64,000 nt of DNA from a phage: sequence record NC_135731.1; one strand, written 5' to 3'. Position 1 is the first letter of the stretch. Each line of letters starts with the position of its first letter. Shown piece after piece: positions 27,857 to 37,352 of the stretch. The notes under the pieces are model-generated. The model searched no databases. It was not told where the DNA came from and worked only from the letters and a program-made list of their open reading frames with translations. The position numbers and the translations under genes were made by a program.

Positions 27857-30168
27857 TCACTAAGGTAATTAAAAGCAACGGATGTGAAGTGGCATTCGAT
27901 CCAGAACGTTTAAATAAGGCAGCTATTTTCGGTGACGACGGTAACGGCAATTGGTCACACATTGCACTGGATGCATACAAACGACTGTATGATGGATGTA
28001 CGACCAAAGAAGTTAACCAAGCTATCATAGACTCCTGTGTTAGCCGTAAAGACGAAGCACATTCCCGTATGGCTGGTCGTGTTCTTATTGGTCAGATTTA
28101 TAAAGAGGCTTTTGGAGGGTTTACAAAGATCCCTTCCTTACCATCATTTTACAATACCATGGTTGAGAAAGGGTATTGGGAGGATATGGGTTATAGCTTT
28201 ACCGAGCTAAATACTTTAGGCGCTGTTATTGACCACAGTAAAGATCTCGGTTACGGCTATGCAGTCCTTAAACAGTTTCGCGACAAATACGGGATCAAGG
28301 ATACTCTTAAAGACACCCTGTTTGAATCTCCCCAGATGATGTTTATGGGGATAGCAATGGCTGTCATGAAGAATATGCCGAAAGAACGTCGTATCGACGA
28401 TGTTGTAAAACTATACAATTATCTGTCCGACTTAAAGATCAATGCTCCGACACCGTACTTAAACGGGCTGCGCACAGGTAAGACAGGGTATGCATCTTGT
28501 TGTGTAATAAAAGCTGACGATACAGCAAAATCTATTGGTGTGGCACGTGAAGTTGCGTACACGATGACGGTTAACCAAGCAGGCATCGGCTACTACTTAT
28601 CCTCAAGATCTGCAGGCGATGGTGTTCGTGGTAACACTATTAAACATATGGGTAAGATTCCGTATTATCGAGGTATTGATGCTGGTGTTAAGGAGAACAG
28701 ACAACAATCACGTGGCGGTTCTGCAACAGTATCATTCCTTGCACTGGACCCGCAGATTGATGAGCTAATCCGTTTGAGAAACCCTATGACTGTTGCTTCA
28801 AAAAGAATCAACACCATGGACTATTCCATCGGTATTAATAGGTCGTTTATCAACCGTGTGGCTAAGAATTTAGATTGGATGCTTGTTTCTTATAAGCACG
28901 CTCCTCAACTGCATGAGGGTATCTTCACCATGTCTATGGAGGAGTTTGATGCAGAGGTTGATCGTATTGCTAAAGATGACAGTATTCCTAAAACATGGAT
29001 CCGAGCCAGAGATCTTGCTGTTGAACTGATCACGCAGCGTACTGAGGTGGGTAGGCTGTATGTATACTGGACAGATGAGATGAATAGACATACACCTTTT
29101 AAAGATGTGATCTATTCAAGTAACCTGTGTGCAGAAATAGCCCTCCCGACAAAAGGCTATTCAGATATGCGTAATATCTTCAAGTACGATGCTGATGATG
29201 GAGAGGTTGCATTGTGCTTCCTGTCATCCCTTGTAGCTGGAAGGGTTACTCCAGAGGAGTATGAGGATGTTGCATACTACACGGTGCTTATGATTGACAA
29301 TGTTATGGAAATCATGACATATCCGTATGAAAATATGGAAAGCACAGTTAAAAAACGCAGATCCATCGGGGTTGGCCTTACCAATGTTGCACATTTTATT
29401 GCCAGCCACAAGATTACTTACGGATCTCCTGAAAGTAAACAGCTCGTTCACGATCTTGCAGAACTTCACAGCTACAGCTTGCATAAGGCAAGTTTACGGT
29501 TGGCAAAAGAGCGTGGTGTCTGCGAGTGGATGCATAAAACAAAATATCCAGAAGGTTGGTTACCAATAGACACCTATAACAAAGAGGTCGATAGCGTGGT
29601 GAAAGATCCTTCTCTTAAACAGGATTGGGAAGGGTTACGTAAAGAAATCATTGAAAATGGTGGGATACGTAATAGCGTTCTTGAAGCATATATGCCTAAT
29701 GAAAGCTCTTCGCTGGCAACAAACACCACTAACGGGGTTTATCCTGTCCGTGAGCACATTATCTTTAAAAAGTCGCCACAAGGGCAGGTGCTGTTTATCG
29801 TTCCTGACTATGATGAGTTGAAAGAGTATTACACTTCGGCTTGGGACGTTGATACTAACGACATGATCGATATGTATGCTGTGATTCAAAAATTCACAGG
29901 TCAGGCAATCAGCGCGGATTTATACATCGACTACACCAAGTTGAAAGATGGTAAAATTTCAATGAAGGAGCAGCTAGGGTACCTTATCCGTGCCACTAAA
30001 TTCGGGATGAAGACATGGTATTATTTAAACTCCAGGGTTGGTGCTGGTGACTCCTTGGCAGAGGAACTTCATGCCAAGAAACAAGCTGAAGATGAAACCA
30101 GAAAGAAATATCCTTTGATTGCAGATAGTTCAGTTGAAGATCCATATTGCGAAAGTTGTGCACTATAA
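27853..30168 (+). CDS. nrdA: ribonucleoside-diphosphate reductase alpha subunit (class Ia)
   Basis: N-terminal ATP-cone (VIKSNGCEVAFDPERLNKA), 771 aa, C-terminal CESCAL redox pair; TTG start with GGAGG RBS. Confidence 0.8.
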   Translation: MITKVIKSNGCEVAFDPERLNKAAIFGDDGNGNWSHIALDAYKRLYDGCTTKEVNQAIIDSCVSRKDEAHSRMAGRVLIGQIYKEAFGGFTKIPSLPSFYNTMVEKGYWEDMGYSFTELNTLGAVIDHSKDLGYGYAVLKQFRDKYGIKDTLKDTLFESPQMMFMGIAMAVMKNMPKERRIDDVVKLYNYLSDLKINAPTPYLNGLRTGKTGYASCCVIKADDTAKSIGVAREVAYTMTVNQAGIGYYLSSRSAGDGVRGNTIKHMGKIPYYRGIDAGVKENRQQSRGGSATVSFLALDPQIDELIRLRNPMTVASKRINTMDYSIGINRSFINRVAKNLDWMLVSYKHAPQLHEGIFTMSMEEFDAEVDRIAKDDSIPKTWIRARDLAVELITQRTEVGRLYVYWTDEMNRHTPFKDVIYSSNLCAEIALPTKGYSDMRNIFKYDADDGEVALCFLSSLVAGRVTPEEYEDVAYYTVLMIDNVMEIMTYPYENMESTVKKRRSIGVGLTNVAHFIASHKITYGSPESKQLVHDLAELHSYSLHKASLRLAKERGVCEWMHKTKYPEGWLPIDTYNKEVDSVVKDPSLKQDWEGLRKEIIENGGIRNSVLEAYMPNESSSLATNTTNGVYPVREHIIFKKSPQGQVLFIVPDYDELKEYYTSAWDVDTNDMIDMYAVIQKFTGQAISADLYIDYTKLKDGKISMKEQLGYLIRATKFGMKTWYYLNSRVGAGDSLAEELHAKKQAEDETRKKYPLIADSSVEDPYCESCAL

Positions 30169-30171
30169 TTT

Positions 30172-30195
30172 TAAAGGGGCTTCGGCCCCTGTCTT
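30172..30195 (+). terminator. possible terminator/attenuator hairpin
   Basis: GGGGCTTCGGCCCC hairpin after nrdA stop, weak T tract. Confidence 0.35.
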
Positions 30196-30207
30196 AGAGG
30201 TAGAATA

Positions 30208-31296
30208 ATGGCTGTATTTAATGCTGAGAACACCGCTCATAAAACTGGTGACTATCCGCTGTTTCTAGGACAGCAAATGGGTATGTACGACTCTATTAAC
30301 AAAAAATATCCACAACTGTTCGAACTGTACAAAAAACAAAAAGAACAAGACTGGGCAGAGGATGAAGTGGATTTGTCGCAATCTATTTCAGATTTTGTAA
30401 CATGCTCCAAGTCAACTTATGACGTGATGGTGCAAACCTTGATGTGGCAATGGGAGGCTGATAGCGTTGCGGCAAGATCGATCATCTGCCTCTTTTCACC
30501 ATTCATCACTAATAGTGAGCTTTTCACTCTATTGATGAAACAGTCGGAGATTGAAGTTCTTCACGCACTAACTTACTCAGAGATTGTTAGACAATGCCTC
30601 CCCAATGCCCGTGAGATTATAGAAGAGATTCAGGAAAACCAAAACGTTCTGAGCAGATCCGGCGTTATTGTCAAATACATGCAAGAGCTTGAGGTTATTG
30701 GTGCAAAATATCGATTGGATCCTTCTAGTGTTGAAGAAGATACTGTGCGGAAATGCATTCTTAGAGCGCTTTTTGCACTTTTAGCTCTAGAAAGTATTGA
30801 GTTTATTGCAAGTTTTGCATGCACTTTCGCAGTAGCTGAGCAAGGTATTTTTGTTCAAGTGGCACAACTTGTTCAAAAAATTATGCTTGATGAAATGCTG
30901 CATTCGAAAGGTGATTTTGCTATCATCGATATCCTGCTTGATGATCCTGCATGGGAGCAAAGCTTCCTTGAGATTAAGGGTGAGTTAAAAGAAATTCTTG
31001 ACGAAGTGCGGACCAAGGAGTACGGTTGGAGTGACTATATTTTCAGCGAAGGAAGAGCGATTATAGGTCTTAATTCACCGTTGCTTAAAGAATGGGTTGA
31101 CTATAACTGCTCACCGATTTATGATTATTACGACATCGACAAAGACTTTGTGCCGCCAACAAAAGACCCGCTACCGTTTATGCAGGTGTGGATGAAACCC
31201 TCACTGCAACAGACGGCTAACCAGGAAATGTCTAACACAGACTACCGCGTCAACACAACCGTTAACGACGCTGAAGAAGAAATTTGGGAGTTTTAA
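30208..31296 (+). CDS. nrdB: ribonucleoside-diphosphate reductase beta subunit
   Basis: 362 aa ORF immediately after nrdA; ferritin-like helices with conserved E/H positions; synteny. Confidence 0.7.
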   Translation: MAVFNAENTAHKTGDYPLFLGQQMGMYDSINKKYPQLFELYKKQKEQDWAEDEVDLSQSISDFVTCSKSTYDVMVQTLMWQWEADSVAARSIICLFSPFITNSELFTLLMKQSEIEVLHALTYSEIVRQCLPNAREIIEEIQENQNVLSRSGVIVKYMQELEVIGAKYRLDPSSVEEDTVRKCILRALFALLALESIEFIASFACTFAVAEQGIFVQVAQLVQKIMLDEMLHSKGDFAIIDILLDDPAWEQSFLEIKGELKEILDEVRTKEYGWSDYIFSEGRAIIGLNSPLLKEWVDYNCSPIYDYYDIDKDFVPPTKDPLPFMQVWMKPSLQQTANQEMSNTDYRVNTTVNDAEEEIWEF

Positions 31297-31299
31297 TAT

Positions 31300-31578
31300 A
31301 TGAGCTGCGAAAAATCTTTTTTCATCATCATTTACGGTAAGGATAACTGCCCACATTGTGTAAGAGCAAAAGAATTTGCAGTCAGCAAAGGCATACCTTT
31401 CGTATACAAGACGCTAGGTGAAGGATATACAAAAGAAGAGCTTATCGAGAAGTGTAGCCCATTTGTTCCCAGAACGTTGCCTCAGATTTTCTTAGAAAGC
31501 GACCTTGACAGTGTCCATATCGGAGGTGCTGACGATTTCATCTCTTTTGTTAAGAATGGTTTTGGAGAGAAAAAGTGA
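31300..31578 (+). CDS. glutaredoxin/thioredoxin-like protein (NrdH/NrdC-like)
   Basis: CPHC active site in YGKDNCPHCVRAKEF; 92 aa; between nrdB and nrdD. Confidence 0.65.
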   Translation: MSCEKSFFIIIYGKDNCPHCVRAKEFAVSKGIPFVYKTLGEGYTKEELIEKCSPFVPRTLPQIFLESDLDSVHIGGADDFISFVKNGFGEKK

Positions 31579-32438
31579 AAGTTGTAAAACGGGACGGTAG
31601 AGAAGAGTTTTATAACGGAATTAAGGTGATCAAGGCGGCAGAGTCCGCCTTACTTGAGTCTGGACATACTGAAGAAGAAGCTTACCGGATTGCCTGCGCG
31701 GTTAATGAAGTTGTTGCCAATAATCTGCCAACCGACCAGTGCACGATTTCTGTAAAAAATATCCATATCCTTGTTGAAGATGCTCTTATGGATATGGGTT
31801 TAAAATGTGCAGCCCGAGAATACATCCAGTATAGACAGACAAGAGATAATAACAGAGAGGCAGGTGGAAAGCTGCTTGCAGATATTAGTGGCTTCTTGGA
31901 TCGTACTTGTGATGAATTTACAAAAGAAAACGCAAATAAGCCTACTAATCATGTACACACTCATCGTGACCTGCTTGCAGGCATCCTTAGCAAACACCTT
32001 GCGTCAACACAGATCCTGCCAGATCGTGTCTCAGAAGAGCACAACAAGGGCTTCATCCATGTGCATGATCTTGACTACTTGATCAGTCCGTTAACAAACT
32101 GTTGTTTGGTAAATTATCCGGATATGCTGGAAAACGGATTCAACATTGGCAACGCCCATGTCAGTAAGCCGAAGTCAATAGGGGTTGCAACAACAATCCT
32201 TAGCCAAATCTCTAGTGCAGTAGCTAGTGCTCAATATGGCGGTCAGACCATGAGCCATATTGATCATTATCTGGCACAGTATGCTGAAGCAACCTATGAG
32301 AAGAACCTTAAATTTTGTCAGGAACATTGGTTGCCAGATGCTGAGACTGTTGCAATGCAAATGACAGATAAAGACGTGTTTGATAGTATGCAAACTTTGC
32401 TCTACCAAATCAATACGTTAACTTCTGTCAACGGTTAA
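31575..32438 (+). CDS. nrdD: anaerobic ribonucleoside-triphosphate reductase, 5' exon
   Basis: ATP-cone VVKRDGREEFYNGIKV; FIHVHDLDY block; GTG start; ORF ends at stop where intron-like insertion begins. Confidence 0.7.
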   Translation: MKVVKRDGREEFYNGIKVIKAAESALLESGHTEEEAYRIACAVNEVVANNLPTDQCTISVKNIHILVEDALMDMGLKCAAREYIQYRQTRDNNREAGGKLLADISGFLDRTCDEFTKENANKPTNHVHTHRDLLAGILSKHLASTQILPDRVSEEHNKGFIHVHDLDYLISPLTNCCLVNYPDMLENGFNIGNAHVSKPKSIGVATTILSQISSAVASAQYGGQTMSHIDHYLAQYAEATYEKNLKFCQEHWLPDAETVAMQMTDKDVFDSMQTLLYQINTLTSVNG

Positions 32439-33286
32439 CAAACTGGCCGTTGTAAAACTCTCCTAACCTCATAAGAGGGGTCGGTAAATCCGGCTAACGG
32501 GGAACGCTAAGGCGAAAGCTATGCCAATCCCGTGACTAGTTCTTACAGGAGTTGGAACGGTTGTAACGACTAACGAAAGGCAGAGATGCTTGACAAACAT
32601 TTCTGAACCAAGTAGTGTAGGGGTTAGTTGAAATACTAACTTCGAAATGGAGAGGCTCTATGAAAAAGATCATTCTTAATGGTGAAGAATCAAACTATGT
32701 GATTGATGAGGTTGGAAACGTATACGGAAAACGTGGAATGCTACACCCAATATTGTGGGGAGGTTATGGAAAAGGTAACAAGCATGTTAAACGCCGTTAT
32801 ATGTACTCTTTCAACCACAAAGGTAAAAAGATTCGAATCCAAACCTCAAGGATTGTTGCCTTGTATTGTTTGCCAGATGTCCCAGAAGACCCTGAAAACT
32901 GGGAAGTGAATCATAAAGACGGCAATACATTGAATGATCATCCGTCTAACCTAGAGTGGGTTTTGCCGGAAGATAATAAGAGACATGCTTTCCGAACAGG
33001 GCTTTGCCCAGGTAAGTGCTATAGGAAAGTGCAGGCATACAAAGGGAAAACCTTGGTTGGTGAATATCCTTCACTCTATGCCTGTGCAAAAGCCTTAAAT
33101 TTGAACGTAGGTAACGTTCATAGGGCTATCGAAGGAAATGCCGAAGGTAAGCATCTCACAATAAAGGGTTATTATCTTATTGAAGTAGAGTAAGAGATAG
33201 TCTGGCCCTGTGGAAACACAGGGAGGAGACAGCAGACTCCATTCATCACATTAAGTTTAGGTCTGGACACCTCAGTATTTGGTAGA
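32439..33286 (+). mobile_element. putative group I intron in nrdD, carrying HNH homing endonuclease
   Basis: About 220 nt structured non-coding 5' segment, HNH ORF, then 3' segment with GATAGTCTGG...CAGACTC shared with terL introns; boundaries approximate. Confidence 0.55.
32660..33193 (+). CDS. HNH homing endonuclease (intron-encoded)
   Basis: HNH_3 motif VNHKDGNTLNDHPSNLEWVLPEDNKRHA; 177 aa. Confidence 0.8.
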   Translation: MKKIILNGEESNYVIDEVGNVYGKRGMLHPILWGGYGKGNKHVKRRYMYSFNHKGKKIRIQTSRIVALYCLPDVPEDPENWEVNHKDGNTLNDHPSNLEWVLPEDNKRHAFRTGLCPGKCYRKVQAYKGKTLVGEYPSLYACAKALNLNVGNVHRAIEGNAEGKHLTIKGYYLIEVE

Positions 33287-34495
33287 ATGATTACCAAAAA
33301 CTACTTGAAAGTCCACAAAATGGGTCTTGGTGAAGAACGTATCACACCTGTGTTCCCTAAAGTGCTGTTCTTCCTAGAAGAGGGTGTCAACATGAACCCT
33401 GGAGATCCTAACTATGATTTGAAACGATTAGCTCTGGAATGCTCTGCAGAGCGGATTTATCCTGACTTTGTTTCTGTTCCACTAAATCGTAAAGTGACAG
33501 GCTCGACAGATGGCAAAGTAACGAGCATGGGTTGCCGGAGTTTTCTTAGCAAATACAATGACTTGGAAACAGGTGAGGAGAAATACCTCGGCAGATTCAA
33601 CTTGGGTGTTGTTAGTCTTAACCTACCAATGATTGCGGCAAAAGCTAAGACGGAAGGTGTTGATTTCTTTGCCGTTCTTGACGAATACCTGGATCTTGCA
33701 TACGAGGCTCACCTTGTAAGGGTTAACCGTCTAAAAGGAACAAAGGCAGGGCAGAACCCTATCATGTGGTGTGAAGGCGCTCTTGCTCGCCTGGATCCTG
33801 AAGAGAGTATTGATAAACTCTTCTATGACGGGTACGCTTCCATCAGTATTGGGTATATTGGTGTGTATGAAACCTGTCAGATTTTGGGCAGGGAGGGTGA
33901 CAAGGCTTTAGCTCTTGGAATACTCCAGCACATGAGAGATGCTTGTGAGCGATACAAGAAGGAAAGTGGACTAGCATTTAGCTTGTACGGAACCCCTTCT
34001 GAGAGTCTATGCTATAAAGCTGCAACCTGTCTGGATCGTGAATATCCTGAAGTGTTGAAGCACGAGCATGAATATCTCACCAACAGTTTCCATCAGCCAG
34101 TATGGATCAATAGCTCTCCTTTTGATAAGTGGAAGTATGAGGAAGGTTTTGCTATGATCTCCTCTGGTGGCAACATCGGATATGTAGAGACACCAAATCT
34201 GAAAAACAACTTAGATGCTTTAGAGGCTCTTGTTGACTTCGGGTATAAACACATTATGTATTTTGGTATTAACCAACCTGTGGATAAATGTCTCAAGTGT
34301 GGTTTCTCTGGTGAGTTTAGTGCAACAGCTAAAGGCTTTGTATGCCCAGAGTGTGGAAACCATGAAGAGGGAACGATCAGTGTAATTCGACGTGTGTCTG
34401 GATACCTTTCCAGTCCTAACTCCCGTCCTTATAATAAAGGTAAGCAAGCGGAAGTTATCGAGAGAGTTAAGCACTATGGAAGTTGTAGTTGCTGA
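33287..34495 (+). CDS. nrdD: anaerobic ribonucleoside-triphosphate reductase, 3' exon
   Basis: Glycyl-radical motif RRVSGYL and C-terminal zinc ribbon CLKCG...CPECG; frame open upstream to 33194, exact exon start undetermined. Confidence 0.75.
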   Translation: MITKNYLKVHKMGLGEERITPVFPKVLFFLEEGVNMNPGDPNYDLKRLALECSAERIYPDFVSVPLNRKVTGSTDGKVTSMGCRSFLSKYNDLETGEEKYLGRFNLGVVSLNLPMIAAKAKTEGVDFFAVLDEYLDLAYEAHLVRVNRLKGTKAGQNPIMWCEGALARLDPEESIDKLFYDGYASISIGYIGVYETCQILGREGDKALALGILQHMRDACERYKKESGLAFSLYGTPSESLCYKAATCLDREYPEVLKHEHEYLTNSFHQPVWINSSPFDKWKYEEGFAMISSGGNIGYVETPNLKNNLDALEALVDFGYKHIMYFGINQPVDKCLKCGFSGEFSATAKGFVCPECGNHEEGTISVIRRVSGYLSSPNSRPYNKGKQAEVIERVKHYGSCSC

Positions 34496-34826
34496 TACTT
34501 GACAAAAGCCACAAGGATGTGGCATATTATTGACACACAGCGAGCTAGGAGGTACAGTATGTCTAAAGGTATTTATAAAATTTGCAAGTGTGGTTGTCGT
34601 TGCAATCTTCGTTGGTGCAAGGCACTGGACGATTTTATTTGGCATTGTCCTGAATGCGACGCGGAGTACTTATAAGCATAAGGGGTCGAAATGCGGAAAT
34701 CTATCAAGAAAATCAAGATAAAATTGTTAGCACTGAAGCGTAAGTATAAAAAGTTATACGGCTTCATCAAATGGACTTTTATAGGTCTATCTTGAATAGA
34801 AGCGCACCACAGAAGAGAGGTTCCTT

Positions 34827-35072
34827 ATGATAGGTGTCTGTGTAAAAGCTAACAGATGGTTTACACTCGGTAAGGATTACGAAATTATCTTTCATTCGGA
34901 CAGAGCCACAACAGTAGAAAGCGATGATGGGTGCTACTGGTTCGTTAGTTACCATGGTGATGGGTATTATAGATCTACCGATTCCAGAGGGGAAGAAGCT
35001 GTTTTCTTAGATCGAGCTTATTGTGGCCTGAATATCCCTACCTCAAAGAGGATAAGGAATGAATGTTGTTAA
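34827..35072 (+). CDS. hypothetical protein
   Basis: 81 aa ORF between nrdD and nrdG. Confidence 0.35.
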   Translation: MIGVCVKANRWFTLGKDYEIIFHSDRATTVESDDGCYWFVSYHGDGYYRSTDSRGEEAVFLDRAYCGLNIPTSKRIRNECC

Positions 35073-35532
35073 TATTATAGAGTGTAGTATGGTTGACGGC
35101 CCAGGCATTAGGACAACGGTGTTCTGTTCTGGTTGCCCACATCACTGCGTCGGTTGCCAAAACAAAAGTGTTTGGTCACCAGCTAAAGGGGAACCGTTAA
35201 CAAATGACACTATTGAGAGTATACTTCACTCTGTAGAGCCGAAACATATTACTGGCGTTACATTATGCGGTGGCGAACCTTTAGCGCCTTATAATATTGA
35301 TGGTATGTACTCGATTATTCGCGCTATCCGTGAACGCTTCGGCAACACAAAAACTATCTGGGTGTACACAGGGTATTTGTTTGAAGAGGTTCCCGATCAC
35401 ATTAAAGATAGTGTCGATTACATTATGGATGGTAAGTACGAGAAAGATAACCCAACCAAAAAACCCTTCAGAGGTAGTGATAACCAAAGAATGTTTAAAA
35501 AGACAGCAGGCGGTTGGGTTCAGGTTGACTAA
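35059..35532 (+). CDS. nrdG: anaerobic ribonucleotide reductase activating protein (radical SAM)
   Basis: DGPGIRTTVFCSGCPHHCVGCQN cysteine cluster; 157 aa. Confidence 0.8.
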   Translation: MNVVNIIECSMVDGPGIRTTVFCSGCPHHCVGCQNKSVWSPAKGEPLTNDTIESILHSVEPKHITGVTLCGGEPLAPYNIDGMYSIIRAIRERFGNTKTIWVYTGYLFEEVPDHIKDSVDYIMDGKYEKDNPTKKPFRGSDNQRMFKKTAGGWVQVD

Positions 35533-35535
35533 TTG

Positions 35536-35565
35536 TTGACAAAGCTTTGTTAAGTTGGTTATAAT
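35536..35565 (+). promoter_or_regulatory. sigma70-like promoter
   Basis: TTGACA - about 18 nt - TATAAT. Confidence 0.5.
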
Positions 35566-35704
35566 TAGCGTAATGAAAGCAGAGGAGGTGCCAAATGGCT
35601 AAAAAAGCCTTGAAGAAGGCGTACAAAAAAGAGATTGCGCTTGAGCTTAAGAAAAAACACAAGCGTGAAAAGAAACATTATGAGGATGAAGAGGGGGTGC
35701 AACA

Positions 35705-36055
35705 GTGACACAAGAACGTATCGATTTAGCTAATAAGTTTGTAGATCTCATTTTGCCACGGTTAGTTACTCAACATGCAGACGCTATTTCCACTAATCTT
35801 GATGGTTTACGCCTAATGCTGAATCGCACAGATGACCCTCGTATTCGGGCTGATTTAGAAGCCTCTGCCAACAAACTGGAAAAGTTCTTGCAAGTAGACA
35901 CGCAAGAAGCCTTGCACAAGATTATGGTGGAGGGTTTCTCTAAAGAATTTACCATTAAAGAGCTTAAGGAGCTGATCCACCAAGAAGAGATGAATATCCG
36001 AGTTCAGGCTGTTGCAAGCAGCATGGAAGCGGCTATTGAAAAACTGTTGCAGTAA
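35705..36055 (+). CDS. hypothetical protein
   Basis: 116 aa helical ORF; a 37-aa basic ORF (about 35595-35708) precedes it. Confidence 0.4.
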   Translation: MTQERIDLANKFVDLILPRLVTQHADAISTNLDGLRLMLNRTDDPRIRADLEASANKLEKFLQVDTQEALHKIMVEGFSKEFTIKELKELIHQEEMNIRVQAVASSMEAAIEKLLQ

Positions 36056-36093
36056 AAGTTCCAGACACATCTCAATCTGAAAGGAGTCCCAAC

Positions 36094-36882
36094 ATGGGTC
36101 GAGCTAAAGAAACAAAACGCATGCGTGATGAAGCTAAAGAGGCTCGCAAATCTGATCGCCTGCGTAAAGCTGCTGAGAAATTTGCTGACGAACGAGAGCA
36201 CACCGCTCCAGCTCTCCGACCGATGAATAAAAAGCAGCAAAAGTATCTTGATTATCTAGGGTCACGTAAGATTATTATTGTAAACGGTGTGTTTGGATCC
36301 GGTAAGACATTCATGGCATCTGCATATGCAGGTGATCTTCTGCGTAAGAATGAGATTGATAAGATCATTGTTGCACGTCCTTATGTACAGACCGGAAAAT
36401 CAAGCGGATACAAACCGGGAACGTCAATGCAGAAGCTTTGGCCTTACCTTCGTAGCATGATGGACACGATTTGTCGTCGTGTTGGCAAAGGTGCTTTTGC
36501 CGCAATGCTGGGAGACGGTCAGAACAGCCGTATCGAGATTTGTGAAGTTGAAAGCATTCGTGGTCGTAGTTTCGATGAGCGGTGCTTTGTCCTGATTGAC
36601 GAGGCACAGCAAACTAACCCTGAAGAAATGTTGTCAATTATCACAAGGATCTCTGATCAGGCCACCCTTGTAATTATGGGCGATAATAGCCAACGTGACA
36701 TCCCTGGTAAATCTGGCCTTGCATGGGTGACGGATTTCTTTACTCGTCATCCAGATCCTGAGGTTGGAATGATCAGCTTTGATAGTCCAGACGATGTCGT
36801 TCGTTCCGGGTTGGGCCGTCAGATCGCACTCAATCTTATTGAGGATCGTGCAAATCATATTTGGACCCCTGTTTCCGAGTAA
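36094..36882 (+). CDS. phoH: PhoH-like ATPase
   Basis: Walker A GVFGSGKTF and overall PhoH-like layout, 262 aa. Confidence 0.75.
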   Translation: MGRAKETKRMRDEAKEARKSDRLRKAAEKFADEREHTAPALRPMNKKQQKYLDYLGSRKIIIVNGVFGSGKTFMASAYAGDLLRKNEIDKIIVARPYVQTGKSSGYKPGTSMQKLWPYLRSMMDTICRRVGKGAFAAMLGDGQNSRIEICEVESIRGRSFDERCFVLIDEAQQTNPEEMLSIITRISDQATLVIMGDNSQRDIPGKSGLAWVTDFFTRHPDPEVGMISFDSPDDVVRSGLGRQIALNLIEDRANHIWTPVSE

Positions 36883-36980
36883 TGCAGAAGGGTGGTTATT
36901 CCACCCTTAAATATCGAAAACAGTTGTTGACAAACAGGTAAAGCTTTAGATATTATTATCGGACAAGAGAAGGAGATAGT

Positions 36981-37292
36981 ATGGCTACAATACAAGAGAG
37001 ACTGAATAAAATATACTGCCTGTTTGTCTATAACGGCGAGACAATTTTGGCATATAAAGGATCCAAGAATGTATGGATCAAGGACAGTGGTGGTAATATA
37101 ATCAACTTAGCGTTGCTACGTGAGCGCCGACACAGATTCTTTATCGAGTCTCGGATTATTGAAAGCAGCACCTGCTACAGAACAGGCGATAAAGTAATTG
37201 TTGACAATGATACGTGGTATGTGGTAGACTGGCAATCATTGAGCTGTGATGCTTCTGACAATCGTAAGTACTCTATAGTGATTGCTAAATAA
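36981..37292 (+). CDS. hypothetical protein
   Basis: 103 aa ORF, GGAG RBS. Confidence 0.4.
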   Translation: MATIQERLNKIYCLFVYNGETILAYKGSKNVWIKDSGGNIINLALLRERRHRFFIESRIIESSTCYRTGDKVIVDNDTWYVVDWQSLSCDASDNRKYSIVIAK

Positions 37293-37352
37293 AGGTAAAT
37301 GTGAATCAGGTTTAAATAAATAGCTTTCAACTTCCAATATTAAGGATTTCTC

